Shown one piece after another: positions 20,031 to 28,427 of a DNA stretch of 64,000 bases. The stretch spans positions 422-64,421 of the forward strand of contig JALONG010000002.1 of the NCBI GenBank assembly GCA_025455065.1, given 5' to 3'. The translations under genes and the position numbers were made by a program. The stretch's first letter is position 1. Every line of letters begins with the position of its first letter. Under the pieces are notes generated by a model, which saw nothing but the letters and a program-made list of their open reading frames with translations, searched no databases and was not told the origin of the DNA. The DNA comes from Candidatus Kapaibacterium sp. GTDB taxonomy: Bacteria > Bacteroidota > Ignavibacteria > Kapaibacteriales > UBA4661.

Positions 20031-20157
20031 TTTGACGCAGATTTTCATGATTCAACAGATTATCATGATTGCTCAAAAACAAACAACAAAACGAAAACTA
20101 TCTCGAAAGCCTCTCAAAATCAGCGCAATCAGTTTAATCATGACAATCTGCGTCAAA
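20031..20157. repeat. Short element bounded by a 22-bp imperfect inverted repeat (MITE-like, no clear target-site duplication).
   Basis: TTTGACGCAGATTTTCATGATT (20031..20052) matches the reverse complement of AATCATGACAATCTGCGTCAAA (20136..20157) at 21 of 22 positions. The spacer is A-rich. Confidence 0.45.
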
Positions 20158-20217
20158 GAGTGAAATAACAGTCTCGTTTTGATATGATGGCTACTTGACA
20201 ATGTTTTGAGGCAGGTA

Positions 20218-21624
20218 TTATGCAGTTTTTTTACCAAGCAAAAAGTACGTTTTCATCATGCCGCGTCCTTTGATGTCAATAGAGCCGCGCTCTTCAAAGG
20301 TAAAGGTTTTTTCCAACAAACCTTGCACCACTTCGGAGCAGTGAATCTTCCCCGGTTCTCCGTGTGATTCCATACGCGAAGCCACGTTTACGGTGTCGCC
20401 CCACAAATCATAGGCGAATTTGTGCTGTCCAATAACTCCTGCCACAACTGTTCCCGCATGAAGTCCGATGCGGATTTGCAGTGAAAGTGCTTTTTCTTCG
20501 TTAAATGTTTTCATTGTTTGAAGCAGTTCCAATGCCGTATATGCTGCACATTCGGCGTGTTCATCGCTGCGCTGCGGAGCGCCGGAAACTGCCATGTAGC
20601 CGTCGCCAATGGTCTTGATTTTTTCGACATTGTGTTTACGCAAGACATTATCGAAAACAGTAAAAATTTCATTGAGCATTTGTACAAGCTCTTCCGCCGA
20701 CATTCGCGCCGCAAGCGTCGTGAAGCCTACAATGTCAATAAATATCACGGTTACGGATTGGTAGGTGTCGGCAATAAGTTTTTCGCCGTGTTTCATGCGC
20801 TCTGCTATCGGCGCGGGAAGCATATTAAGCAAAAGCTGCTCGGAGCGGTGGCGCTCGGCATCAAGTGCTTGATTGGAATAGAGCAGTTCTTCGTTTGCCG
20901 ATTGCAAATTATCCATCATGCCGTTAAACGCATTGATTAAGCCGCCGACTTCGTTATCAAACGCTCGAATATGAAGCCGCTGCGTCAAATCTCCCGCGCC
21001 GACGCGCTGCGCAACGGAATACAAGGCAATGATGGGTTTTGCCAAACGCCGCGCAAAATAAAATGCACCAAGCGAAGAAATAAACGCTCCCAAAACCCCG
21101 ATAAACAGCAGCACTGAACGGCTGCGATTGATACTTTCTTGCGTTGCGCGAGTATTTAGCGCCAACATCACCTCGCCCAAACGTTCTTGATTCACCACTG
21201 CAATTATCGGCACAGTGGCAATGGCAATATCACCATTCAGAAAAACGTGAAGAAGCGTGTCGGGCTGCGTGTTGGTGTAGGTGCGGACAAAAGGAAGAAG
21301 CATAGATGGGGTTTTGGTGTAGATGCTGTCTCCTGTTGCATTGCGAATGATGATGCCCTCGAAGTTGGATAATTGCTCAATTCCCTGCATGGATTTTGCT
21401 AAAAATTCACGGTCATTGAACGCCACGCCTCCGGCGCTTCCCGCAGCAGCGAGTTTCCCGATGGCTTGGGTTTCCTGCAATACAAACTCATCCCCACTTT
21501 CTTTTTGCTGAAGAGCTGAAGCAATCACGTTCAGTGCCGTTAATGCTACAATAAACAGCAAAATCAACGCTGAAATTTGTGCGCTGATTGACCACGAGGC
21601 AATTACGGAAAAGCGAGAAGTCAT
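20218..21624 (-). CDS. Class III adenylate/guanylate cyclase with a CHASE8-like periplasmic sensor and HAMP domain. Alternative upstream start at 21699.
   Basis: TM, periplasmic domain, TM, HAMP (FYFARRLAKPIIAL...GDLTQRL), then a cyclase homology domain (VTVIFIDIVGFT...TIGDGYMAVSG...LWGDTVNVASRME). The N-terminal sensor is homologous to that of HK 24737..26491. Confidence 0.85.
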   Translation of the reverse strand: MTSRFSVIASWSISAQISALILLFIVALTALNVIASALQQKESGDEFVLQETQAIGKLAAAGSAGGVAFNDREFLAKSMQGIEQLSNFEGIIIRNATGDSIYTKTPSMLLPFVRTYTNTQPDTLLHVFLNGDIAIATVPIIAVVNQERLGEVMLALNTRATQESINRSRSVLLFIGVLGAFISSLGAFYFARRLAKPIIALYSVAQRVGAGDLTQRLHIRAFDNEVGGLINAFNGMMDNLQSANEELLYSNQALDAERHRSEQLLLNMLPAPIAERMKHGEKLIADTYQSVTVIFIDIVGFTTLAARMSAEELVQMLNEIFTVFDNVLRKHNVEKIKTIGDGYMAVSGAPQRSDEHAECAAYTALELLQTMKTFNEEKALSLQIRIGLHAGTVVAGVIGQHKFAYDLWGDTVNVASRMESHGEPGKIHCSEVVQGLLEKTFTFEERGSIDIKGRGMMKTYFLLGKKTA

Positions 21625-21749
21625 TCTTGGGAATTTGAGTATAGAAGAAAACAGAGCAATGCGAATATAGGAAAAAACTTGCACAATACAAGGAATCATG
21701 CCATATTGAGGCGTTGCCGAAATGTTTCTGTTACTCTGATTTTTTTACC

Positions 21750-24113
21750 ATGAATACCTGTTATTGCGCAAGTATGATTCTTCGGAGCATTGCAATCTAC
21801 ATCGGTTGTGGGCTTGCGTTTGTGCTGGCACCCGCATCAATCGAAGCCCGCCAAGATAGTACCCAAGTTTCTGACACAGCAAGCAAAGAGGCATTAAAGA
21901 ATCTGCTGGATAACTACCTCGACCTCTCCGCCGTCAGCAGTGTGGATGTGGGCGGTGTATCGCGTACACAACAAACATCGGCAAAAAATGCTCCCGCAAC
22001 TGTGATAACCATTACTGCCGAACAAATTCGCTTACGCGGCTATACCTCGCTGACGGATGTTCTCATGGATTTGCCGGATTACAAAATCGAAGGTTTGGCA
22101 GGTCAAGAATCCGTGAATCGCGTGAATGTGCGTGGAGTTTTTGGGCAGGATAAATTTATCGTTCTTTTGGACGGAGTGCGTATTTCCTCGCCAACGAATG
22201 AGTTTATGCCGCTTTTGGAAAATTATCCTGTGCATTTGGCATTGCAAATTGAGGTGATTTACGGACCCGCTTCGTCGCTTTACGGTGCAGATGCAGTAAT
22301 GGGCGTTATCAACATCGTTTCCAAGCGTTCTTTTGATATGGACGGTGCGGTGGAAGTGCAGGCAAGCGGCTCCATGTACAATCGCTTCAACGGCAATATC
22401 CTTGCGGGGTTTAAGCTGAATGAGCAAGTAAATATCATGTTCGGTGCGCAGTACATGACCGACCAATTTCCCGATTTGCGGCAGTTTTATCCCGACGATT
22501 ACGGGCGTGAAAATACGCTGCAAACGGGCGTGTTCCCAACGGCATTTGGCACAATGCGCCCACAAAAGCCCATCAAACAACAGTGGGCTTCTCCGATGAC
22601 GGCTAACGCCCAATGGCTTAAAGTCGAAGCGGGAGGATTGACGATAAACCTGCTCCGAAGCCATGCGCGGGCAACAACGAACTGGGGCTATCCGCAATCC
22701 AACGCTGTGTACAACGACGACGTGTTTTTTGCACCCACCATCACAATGCTTTCCGGCACATACCAAACCACGATTGACCGCACAACGCTTATTTCCTCGC
22801 TGGTTTATAGCCAATACGATTTAGATCCGCTTTCTAATTATCGCAATTTGTTTAACGACCTCGGACCCGGGTACAAATACGCATTTGGCTCAATGTTCAA
22901 AGCCGAGCAGCTAGTTCAGCACACGCTTTTGGACAATCTCACGCTCAGTGGCAGCATCACGGCGGAAAGTTTTATGTCCGTACCAAAAACAACGGATATG
23001 GTGAATCCGCAAGTTACCAGTGTTGGGTTGAATTATCTGGAAGGGCGAATTTTCGGCACTATAAACGCCCAAAACCCGCTTGGAATCAGCGCAGACATTT
23101 TCAAAATTCCGTATATCAATATCGGAGGTTTTGCGCAAGCACAATGGTTGCCTGTGCCGCAAGTGACCGTCACCGTCGGCGGGAGATATGATGCAAACTC
23201 GCTTTTTGGCACGTCGTTTAATCCGCGTGTCGGTGTAGTGTGGTCGCCCTCACGGCAATTTACCGCAAAAGCAATGTACGGAACGGCGTATTTAGGTGCT
23301 GCGCCGCGTTATGCCTACGAACAGTTTGGTGCATTTAGCTACGACAGCGTGAACAACACGTATTCAAGCGGTTTTTGGAAATTAGCGAATCCAAATTTGA
23401 AGCCGATTTCTTCGCAAACCGCAGAGTTGAACGTTTCTACATTTCTCAGTGATGATTTGAGTTTAACGGCAAGCGGCTTTTTTACAACGCTTACGGGGCT
23501 TTTCCGCGAAGTGTCTGATGCTACATCGCTGAATATCTACAACGGACGGTACAAGGGTTATCCTGTTTCGACGATTATCATTTTCATCAATCAAGGACGG
23601 CAATACACCTACGGCGCAACGCTGAACGCAAGCTATATTGCGCTTCGGAATCAAACCGCAAAACTGGAATTCTTCGGCGCTCTTTCGTGGATTGACGGCG
23701 CGGTGAGCATCACGGACAATAACGCTGATTTCCGCGAAACGCCCTACGTTTCGCCCTTTGCCTTCAAAGGTGGTGTGCAAGTGACGTTTGAAAAATTTAA
23801 TTTGAGCGCACGGGTGATTTGGCAAGACCGCCAGCGCACCGCAGCATTTCAGGCTGCACGACCGGAACGGCGGCAAACGATTGACGGTTTTACGCTGGTC
23901 AATCTCACGGCACGGTACGGTTTTGCGTCGTGGTTGGAAGCATTTGTGCGTATTGATAACGCGCTGGATTCGCGGTACAGAGGTGTAACAGACCTCACCA
24001 ATCCTGAAGCCGTTGGCAGACCAAATGCCTCGGAGATTGAGTTTTTGCGAGGCGTTCCGCAACTCCCGTTCAGGGCGACGGCGGGTGTTCAACTGACGAT
24101 TGGAGGGCAGTAA
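21750..24113 (+). CDS. TonB-dependent outer-membrane receptor (plug plus beta-barrel). Start at 21750 or 21774.
   Basis: Signal peptide, plug-domain motifs (ATVITITAEQIRLRGYTSLTDVLMDLPD; IEVIYGPASSLYGADAVMGVINIVSK), and a long beta-rich C-terminal region. Confidence 0.8.
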   Translation: MNTCYCASMILRSIAIYIGCGLAFVLAPASIEARQDSTQVSDTASKEALKNLLDNYLDLSAVSSVDVGGVSRTQQTSAKNAPATVITITAEQIRLRGYTSLTDVLMDLPDYKIEGLAGQESVNRVNVRGVFGQDKFIVLLDGVRISSPTNEFMPLLENYPVHLALQIEVIYGPASSLYGADAVMGVINIVSKRSFDMDGAVEVQASGSMYNRFNGNILAGFKLNEQVNIMFGAQYMTDQFPDLRQFYPDDYGRENTLQTGVFPTAFGTMRPQKPIKQQWASPMTANAQWLKVEAGGLTINLLRSHARATTNWGYPQSNAVYNDDVFFAPTITMLSGTYQTTIDRTTLISSLVYSQYDLDPLSNYRNLFNDLGPGYKYAFGSMFKAEQLVQHTLLDNLTLSGSITAESFMSVPKTTDMVNPQVTSVGLNYLEGRIFGTINAQNPLGISADIFKIPYINIGGFAQAQWLPVPQVTVTVGGRYDANSLFGTSFNPRVGVVWSPSRQFTAKAMYGTAYLGAAPRYAYEQFGAFSYDSVNNTYSSGFWKLANPNLKPISSQTAELNVSTFLSDDLSLTASGFFTTLTGLFREVSDATSLNIYNGRYKGYPVSTIIIFINQGRQYTYGATLNASYIALRNQTAKLEFFGALSWIDGAVSITDNNADFRETPYVSPFAFKGGVQVTFEKFNLSARVIWQDRQRTAAFQAARPERRQTIDGFTLVNLTARYGFASWLEAFVRIDNALDSRYRGVTDLTNPEAVGRPNASEIEFLRGVPQLPFRATAGVQLTIGGQ

Positions 24114-24114
24114 G

Positions 24115-24645
24115 GTGAAACCTCTGCTACGAACATATCTCATTCCGTTCTGCCTTGTATTCAGCATCAACGCTGCACGTTCTGTTGGCGTTATTGCTCA
24201 AGAGATGCCGATTCGTGTTGAAACGCAAGCAGAAATTTTCCGCAGAATTTTTCTCTTCAATAAGTCGTTTGAGGGGAAGAAAAAACTAAAAATTGCGGTT
24301 GTGTATAGTGCTTTATCCCAAGATGTCAAAGATGCGGCTGTGGCGGCTTTTCAAGCGCAAGGTATGACGGCTGTGGCAATCACGGAATCTGCATTGGAGA
24401 AGAATCTTTCCGATGTTCAAGCGGTGTATATTGCGTCCGGTGTGATGAACGCCGAAAAAATTTGTGCGCAAAACCGCGTCCTGTCTATCACCGGCATCCC
24501 TACACTCACCAGAAACGGCAAGGCTTCGATTGCGCTTGGCACCAAAAACGGCAAAGCAAGCATCATTGTTCACCGCCAACAACTCAAAAACGAAGCACAG
24601 GAAATGTCGGCGGAACTCCTGCAAATGGCACAGGTGATACAGTAG
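24115..24645 (+). CDS. Periplasmic YfiR-like (DUF4154) family protein. Likely GTG start at 24115, immediately after the receptor stop codon.
   Basis: About 175 aa with a signal peptide. The sequence pattern (KIAVVY...; C-terminal ...GKASIIVHRQQLKNEAQEMSAELLQMAQV) resembles YfiR/DUF4154 proteins, which typically sit next to TonB-receptor and membrane-sensor genes. Confidence 0.5.
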   Translation: MKPLLRTYLIPFCLVFSINAARSVGVIAQEMPIRVETQAEIFRRIFLFNKSFEGKKKLKIAVVYSALSQDVKDAAVAAFQAQGMTAVAITESALEKNLSDVQAVYIASGVMNAEKICAQNRVLSITGIPTLTRNGKASIALGTKNGKASIIVHRQQLKNEAQEMSAELLQMAQVIQ

Positions 24646-24736
24646 GGGGGAAGTATAAAGCATGAACAATGAAGTATAACCAAAAATGTAAGGACTCTTG
24701 AGTATGCAAGATGTTCATACTTTATACGTTGAAGTT

Positions 24737-26491
24737 TTATCCTTTCAGGTTTTCCTCCTCCAAAAGCATCGCACTTTCAGCGTTTACCGTTTTTTCCGTT
24801 GCAACAAACTCCGCAATAAATGTCGCTCCTTTGCCTAATTCCGATTCACACCAAACGCGCCCGTTCATTGCTTCGACCATTTTTTTGACAATACTCAAAC
24901 CCAGACCGGTACTGTGTTCGCCGCCTGTCGGTCGTGCCGACAACCGTGCAAATTTCCCAAACAGTTTTTTCATATCCTCCGGCGAAATACCGGGACCTTC
25001 GTCTTGAACTTCAACGCGAATTTTTTGGTCATTGGTCATTAGCGATTGGTCATTAGTCTTGTGTGACGCTTCAGTATTCGTACCGCTTACATTATCACCT
25101 AACGACTGACCAATGACCAATGGCGAATGACCGCCAATCCTCACAAACACATTCTTCCCTTGAGGCGAGTATTTAACGGCATTAGAAACAAGGTTATCCA
25201 AAACCTGCCCGACTGCCATGCTATCACCCATGATATAGGCTTCTGAGGCTGTACGGTTGAAATGGAGAGTAATAGATTTTGCGACGGCTTGCGGCTGATA
25301 AAAATCAATAATACGTTCTAAAATAGGCGCGAGATTGACTGCTTGTGCGGTAAATTGCCGCCCGCCTCGTTCCAGTGCATTGACATCCAGAAGATTGCGA
25401 ATAAGTTCAAACATTTTCACTGAAGAATTGCGCATCATCTTTGCCATTTCTTTGATGTCGCTTTCGTCAAGTTTTTCATTTACCAGCATATCGGACATCC
25501 CTTGTATTGCGCTCAAAGGGTTTTTCAAATCGTGCGCTGCAATGCCTAAAAACTCATCTTTTTCTTGGCTCAATTCCTCCAACACCGCATTTTTACTCTG
25601 TATTTCTTCGTTTGCCTGAGCCAGCTCTAATGCGCGTTGTTCGGTTTCTTCTTTGGCAATAGTCAAACTGTGGTTCAAACTTGCAAGTTCGAGATTTGCT
25701 GCCTGCATTTCTTCATTGCTTGCTTCCAGTGTGTCGAGCATTTCATTGAACGTCGTTGTTAAAACGCCAACTTCACTCCGCAAGGCGCTTCTGTGCTGTG
25801 CAGGGGCGCGTTGCATAAGGTCTCCTGCGCTTACCCGTTTTGCAATGCGGGATAAATTCTGGATTGGGCGGGCAATGCGCTGAACAAGAAAAAATGCTGC
25901 AATCGCACAGACAATAGCTGCAACAAGACTGCCCAGCAAAATACCGATGCGGCTTCGCAAAATCGTTTCGTTCATTTCATTAGTATTCAGTACCACAATC
26001 ACTTCGCCCAAAAGTTCCGGGTTGTCGTCGGTGCGGACAGGCGCAATTACCGGAACAATCGCTATGGCACGACCTTTCTCGTCAAAAGCAACATTTATGC
26101 TGTCGGAGCGAGTGAATAAACCGCGAGAACGAAGATCGGGAGAGGCTTTGGAGTAATTTCGTGTGTAAGCAGTGTCGCCATTGCGATTTTTAATAATAAT
26201 GAGTTCAAAGGACTGTAAGCGCTCAATTCCCTGCATGGATTTTTGCAAAAATTCGCGGTCATCAAATGCTAACCCCCCACCACTGCCTGCTGCGGCAAGC
26301 TCACCGATTGCACGTGCTTGGCTCAACGTAAACTCCTCCCCGCTTCGGCGCTGTTGGAGCGACGAAGTAAGGACATTCAACCCTGTTACAAGGATGATAA
26401 TCATCAAAACTAACTGCGTGATTTGTCCGCCAATAGACGAGCGTAATGCCGTAAAGCGTGATAAAACCTGCTTCGGTGGTGCAGAATTCAT
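24737..26491 (-). CDS. Sensor histidine kinase, type A core, with a CHASE8-like periplasmic sensor, HAMP and coiled coil. Contains the TNDQ insertion.
   Basis: TM, periplasmic domain homologous to the adenylate cyclase sensor, TM, HAMP, EFLGIAAHDLKNPL, NAVKYSPQGKN and GGEHSTGLGLSIVKKMVEAMNGRVWCESELGKGATFIAEF. Insertion GTNTEASHKTNDQSLMTNDQ. Confidence 0.85.
   Translation of the reverse strand: MNSAPPKQVLSRFTALRSSIGGQITQLVLMIIILVTGLNVLTSSLQQRRSGEEFTLSQARAIGELAAAGSGGGLAFDDREFLQKSMQGIERLQSFELIIIKNRNGDTAYTRNYSKASPDLRSRGLFTRSDSINVAFDEKGRAIAIVPVIAPVRTDDNPELLGEVIVVLNTNEMNETILRSRIGILLGSLVAAIVCAIAAFFLVQRIARPIQNLSRIAKRVSAGDLMQRAPAQHRSALRSEVGVLTTTFNEMLDTLEASNEEMQAANLELASLNHSLTIAKEETEQRALELAQANEEIQSKNAVLEELSQEKDEFLGIAAHDLKNPLSAIQGMSDMLVNEKLDESDIKEMAKMMRNSSVKMFELIRNLLDVNALERGGRQFTAQAVNLAPILERIIDFYQPQAVAKSITLHFNRTASEAYIMGDSMAVGQVLDNLVSNAVKYSPQGKNVFVRIGGHSPLVIGQSLGDNVSGTNTEASHKTNDQSLMTNDQKIRVEVQDEGPGISPEDMKKLFGKFARLSARPTGGEHSTGLGLSIVKKMVEAMNGRVWCESELGKGATFIAEFVATEKTVNAESAMLLEEENLKG
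25027..25140 (-). repeat. Heptamer-repeat tract plus an inverted copy, forming a roughly 110-bp imperfect palindrome inside a coding sequence (HK 24737..26491).
   Basis: On the + strand, TTGGTCATTGGTCATTAGCGATTGGTCATTAGTC (left) and GACTGACCAATGACCAATGGCGAATGACCGCC (right) are approximately reverse-complementary. They encode TNDQSLMTNDQ and HSPLVIGQS on the gene strand. Confidence 0.55.
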
Positions 26492-26696
26492 CGGAATATT
26501 CTACCAAATTGATGAAAGATAAGATTTCGGCGCAAAATAACACATTTTACGAGGCTTGCAAGGCGAATACGCAATACCTCCAAAATTTTGCACCATTGCT
26601 GCCCACTGACCAAAAAAGCAAGCCCGTTCAGCACTCGCCTAGTGCTGAACGGGAATACTCAATACTACAAACCAATAGCTACAAACCAAAACCAAA

Positions 26697-28145
26697 TCAC
26701 AGGGAATTGAGAAACGCCATTAGTGCATCGCGGTCACCTTTAGGCAGGCGGCGCACGTAATCACGCGAAGCAAGTGCCTCGCCGCCGTGCCAGAGAATTG
26801 CTTCCATGATGTTTCGTGCGCGTCCGTCGTGGAGCAGGAACGTGTGACCATTCACTGCTGCCGTCAAACCCAAGCCCCAAAGCGGTGTTGTGCGCCATTC
26901 GCGCCCATTGGCGAGGAAATCAGGGCGGTTGTCTGCCAAACCTTCGCCCATGTCGTGCAAGAGCATATCGGTATAAGCGAAAATCGTTTGATTCGAGACT
27001 TCGGGAACGCCTTGCAAATTGCCAGTTTGCATAGAAGGCGTGTGGCAAGCGGAGCATTTTGCTTGGTCGAAGAGAAGTTTTCCGCGCTGTACGCTTGCAT
27101 CATTCACATTGCGCCGTGCCGGAACGCCCAGAGTGCGCGTGTAATGGACAACATCGTTTAGTATGCGGTCGTTCACTTCGGGAGGATGTGCGGCGATTGC
27201 CTGCATCTGTCCTGCGGAGCTTTCTGTTGGGAAGAGTGATGTTGTTACGCCCATGTCGCCATTGTATGCACCGGCGTTTTGCTGACGAAGCGAGGGTTGA
27301 TTTGCTTTCCAGCCAAAACGCCCAAGCGTCACGCGCTGCGCCTGCACATCCCACACGCGATTGACTTTGCCGGAAATGCCGTCATTATTGCGGTCGTTTA
27401 CGTCCTCACCTGCAACGATGGTTTCTTCGGGAATTGCTTCCAACAAGCCCAAGCCAAAGACGGGTGAAGCAATACGCGGCGAAATCTGCACTCCGGCAGG
27501 GAAGGGTAAATACGTGTTCTGGATTTGGTAACGCGGGGAGCGAAGTGAGTAAGTGCCGCCGTCGGTGAATGTGCCGGGCTGCTCGGTGTAGGCAATCGAA
27601 AATTTGCCTTCGGGCTGAACTCCTGCTACGGCTTGGTCTTGCAACTGACCGCCGAAACCCGTGATTCCAAGAGGTTCTCCGTGTGCATCCGTTCCCATTT
27701 GACTAAGCCTGAGCAGCAAAGAATTGAAGCCTTTGTCGTCAAGCGACGGCTTTCCGCGCCCGTCCCCCACGTGGCAGCCTTCGCAAGAAACGTGATGAAA
27801 TATCGGTCCTAATCCGCCCGGATTCGTCGCTGTGGGGCGGGGCGCGTGTTCTGCGGCAAATGCTTCGTCTCCCGCATCATGCCTACGAAGACTTTCGGCA
27901 TTAAGGTTTGGTGCGGCTTGCGAGAACGCATTTTCATCGGTCAAAAAAACGGTTGTGGCTCCGCCTGCCAAGCGTTCATCAACGGCGCGGGGAGGGCGTT
28001 GGCGGACGGCGGCGAGGGATTCCCCTGAGAGTTCTTCGGTTTGGACGGGTAGAATTTCTTCGGTCGAACAGCCTGTAAATACTGACCCCGCGAAGATAGC
28101 GGCGCAGATGAGACCTGCTTTGCGCCTTTGCATAAACGTTTTCAT
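26697..28145 (-). CDS. Di-heme c-type cytochrome of the DUF1111 family (putative di-haem oxidoreductase/peroxidase-like), lipoprotein.
   Basis: Lipoprotein signal (..AGSVFTGCS) and two CxxCH motifs (CEGCH, CSACH) spaced as in DUF1111 proteins; about 480 aa mature protein. Confidence 0.65.
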   Translation of the reverse strand: MKTFMQRRKAGLICAAIFAGSVFTGCSTEEILPVQTEELSGESLAAVRQRPPRAVDERLAGGATTVFLTDENAFSQAAPNLNAESLRRHDAGDEAFAAEHAPRPTATNPGGLGPIFHHVSCEGCHVGDGRGKPSLDDKGFNSLLLRLSQMGTDAHGEPLGITGFGGQLQDQAVAGVQPEGKFSIAYTEQPGTFTDGGTYSLRSPRYQIQNTYLPFPAGVQISPRIASPVFGLGLLEAIPEETIVAGEDVNDRNNDGISGKVNRVWDVQAQRVTLGRFGWKANQPSLRQQNAGAYNGDMGVTTSLFPTESSAGQMQAIAAHPPEVNDRILNDVVHYTRTLGVPARRNVNDASVQRGKLLFDQAKCSACHTPSMQTGNLQGVPEVSNQTIFAYTDMLLHDMGEGLADNRPDFLANGREWRTTPLWGLGLTAAVNGHTFLLHDGRARNIMEAILWHGGEALASRDYVRRLPKGDRDALMAFLNSL

Positions 28146-28254
28146 AACGTTTCTCCAAAAAATAGTGAACAAAAATAGAGCGTTGCTTGCTGTCATTGCT
28201 CTTTGCTAACGATGCAATTTGCAATAAACACCGCTTCAATCCTTGTTCCTGGAA

Positions 28255-28346
28255 GTCATGTTCTTCTGTTCTCATTGGTCATTTTTTTGCCCTCCAAATC
28301 GTCATGTTTCTCTGTGCCAAAACGTCATACTGTTTTCTGCCAAAAG
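28255..28346. repeat. Four tandem degenerate 23-bp repeats, each beginning GTCAT, upstream of the propeller HK gene at 28428.
   Basis: gtcatgttcttctgttctcattg / gtcatttttttgccctccaaatc / gtcatgtttctctgtgccaaaac / gtcatactgttttctgccaaaag, with period 23. Confidence 0.5.
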
Positions 28347-28427
28347 AGAAACTTTTTCACCACACAACCGTAGATGACAACGGACGCTGATAATCTCTTG
28401 TTGTTCACCCATTGTTCCGTGTCGTGT

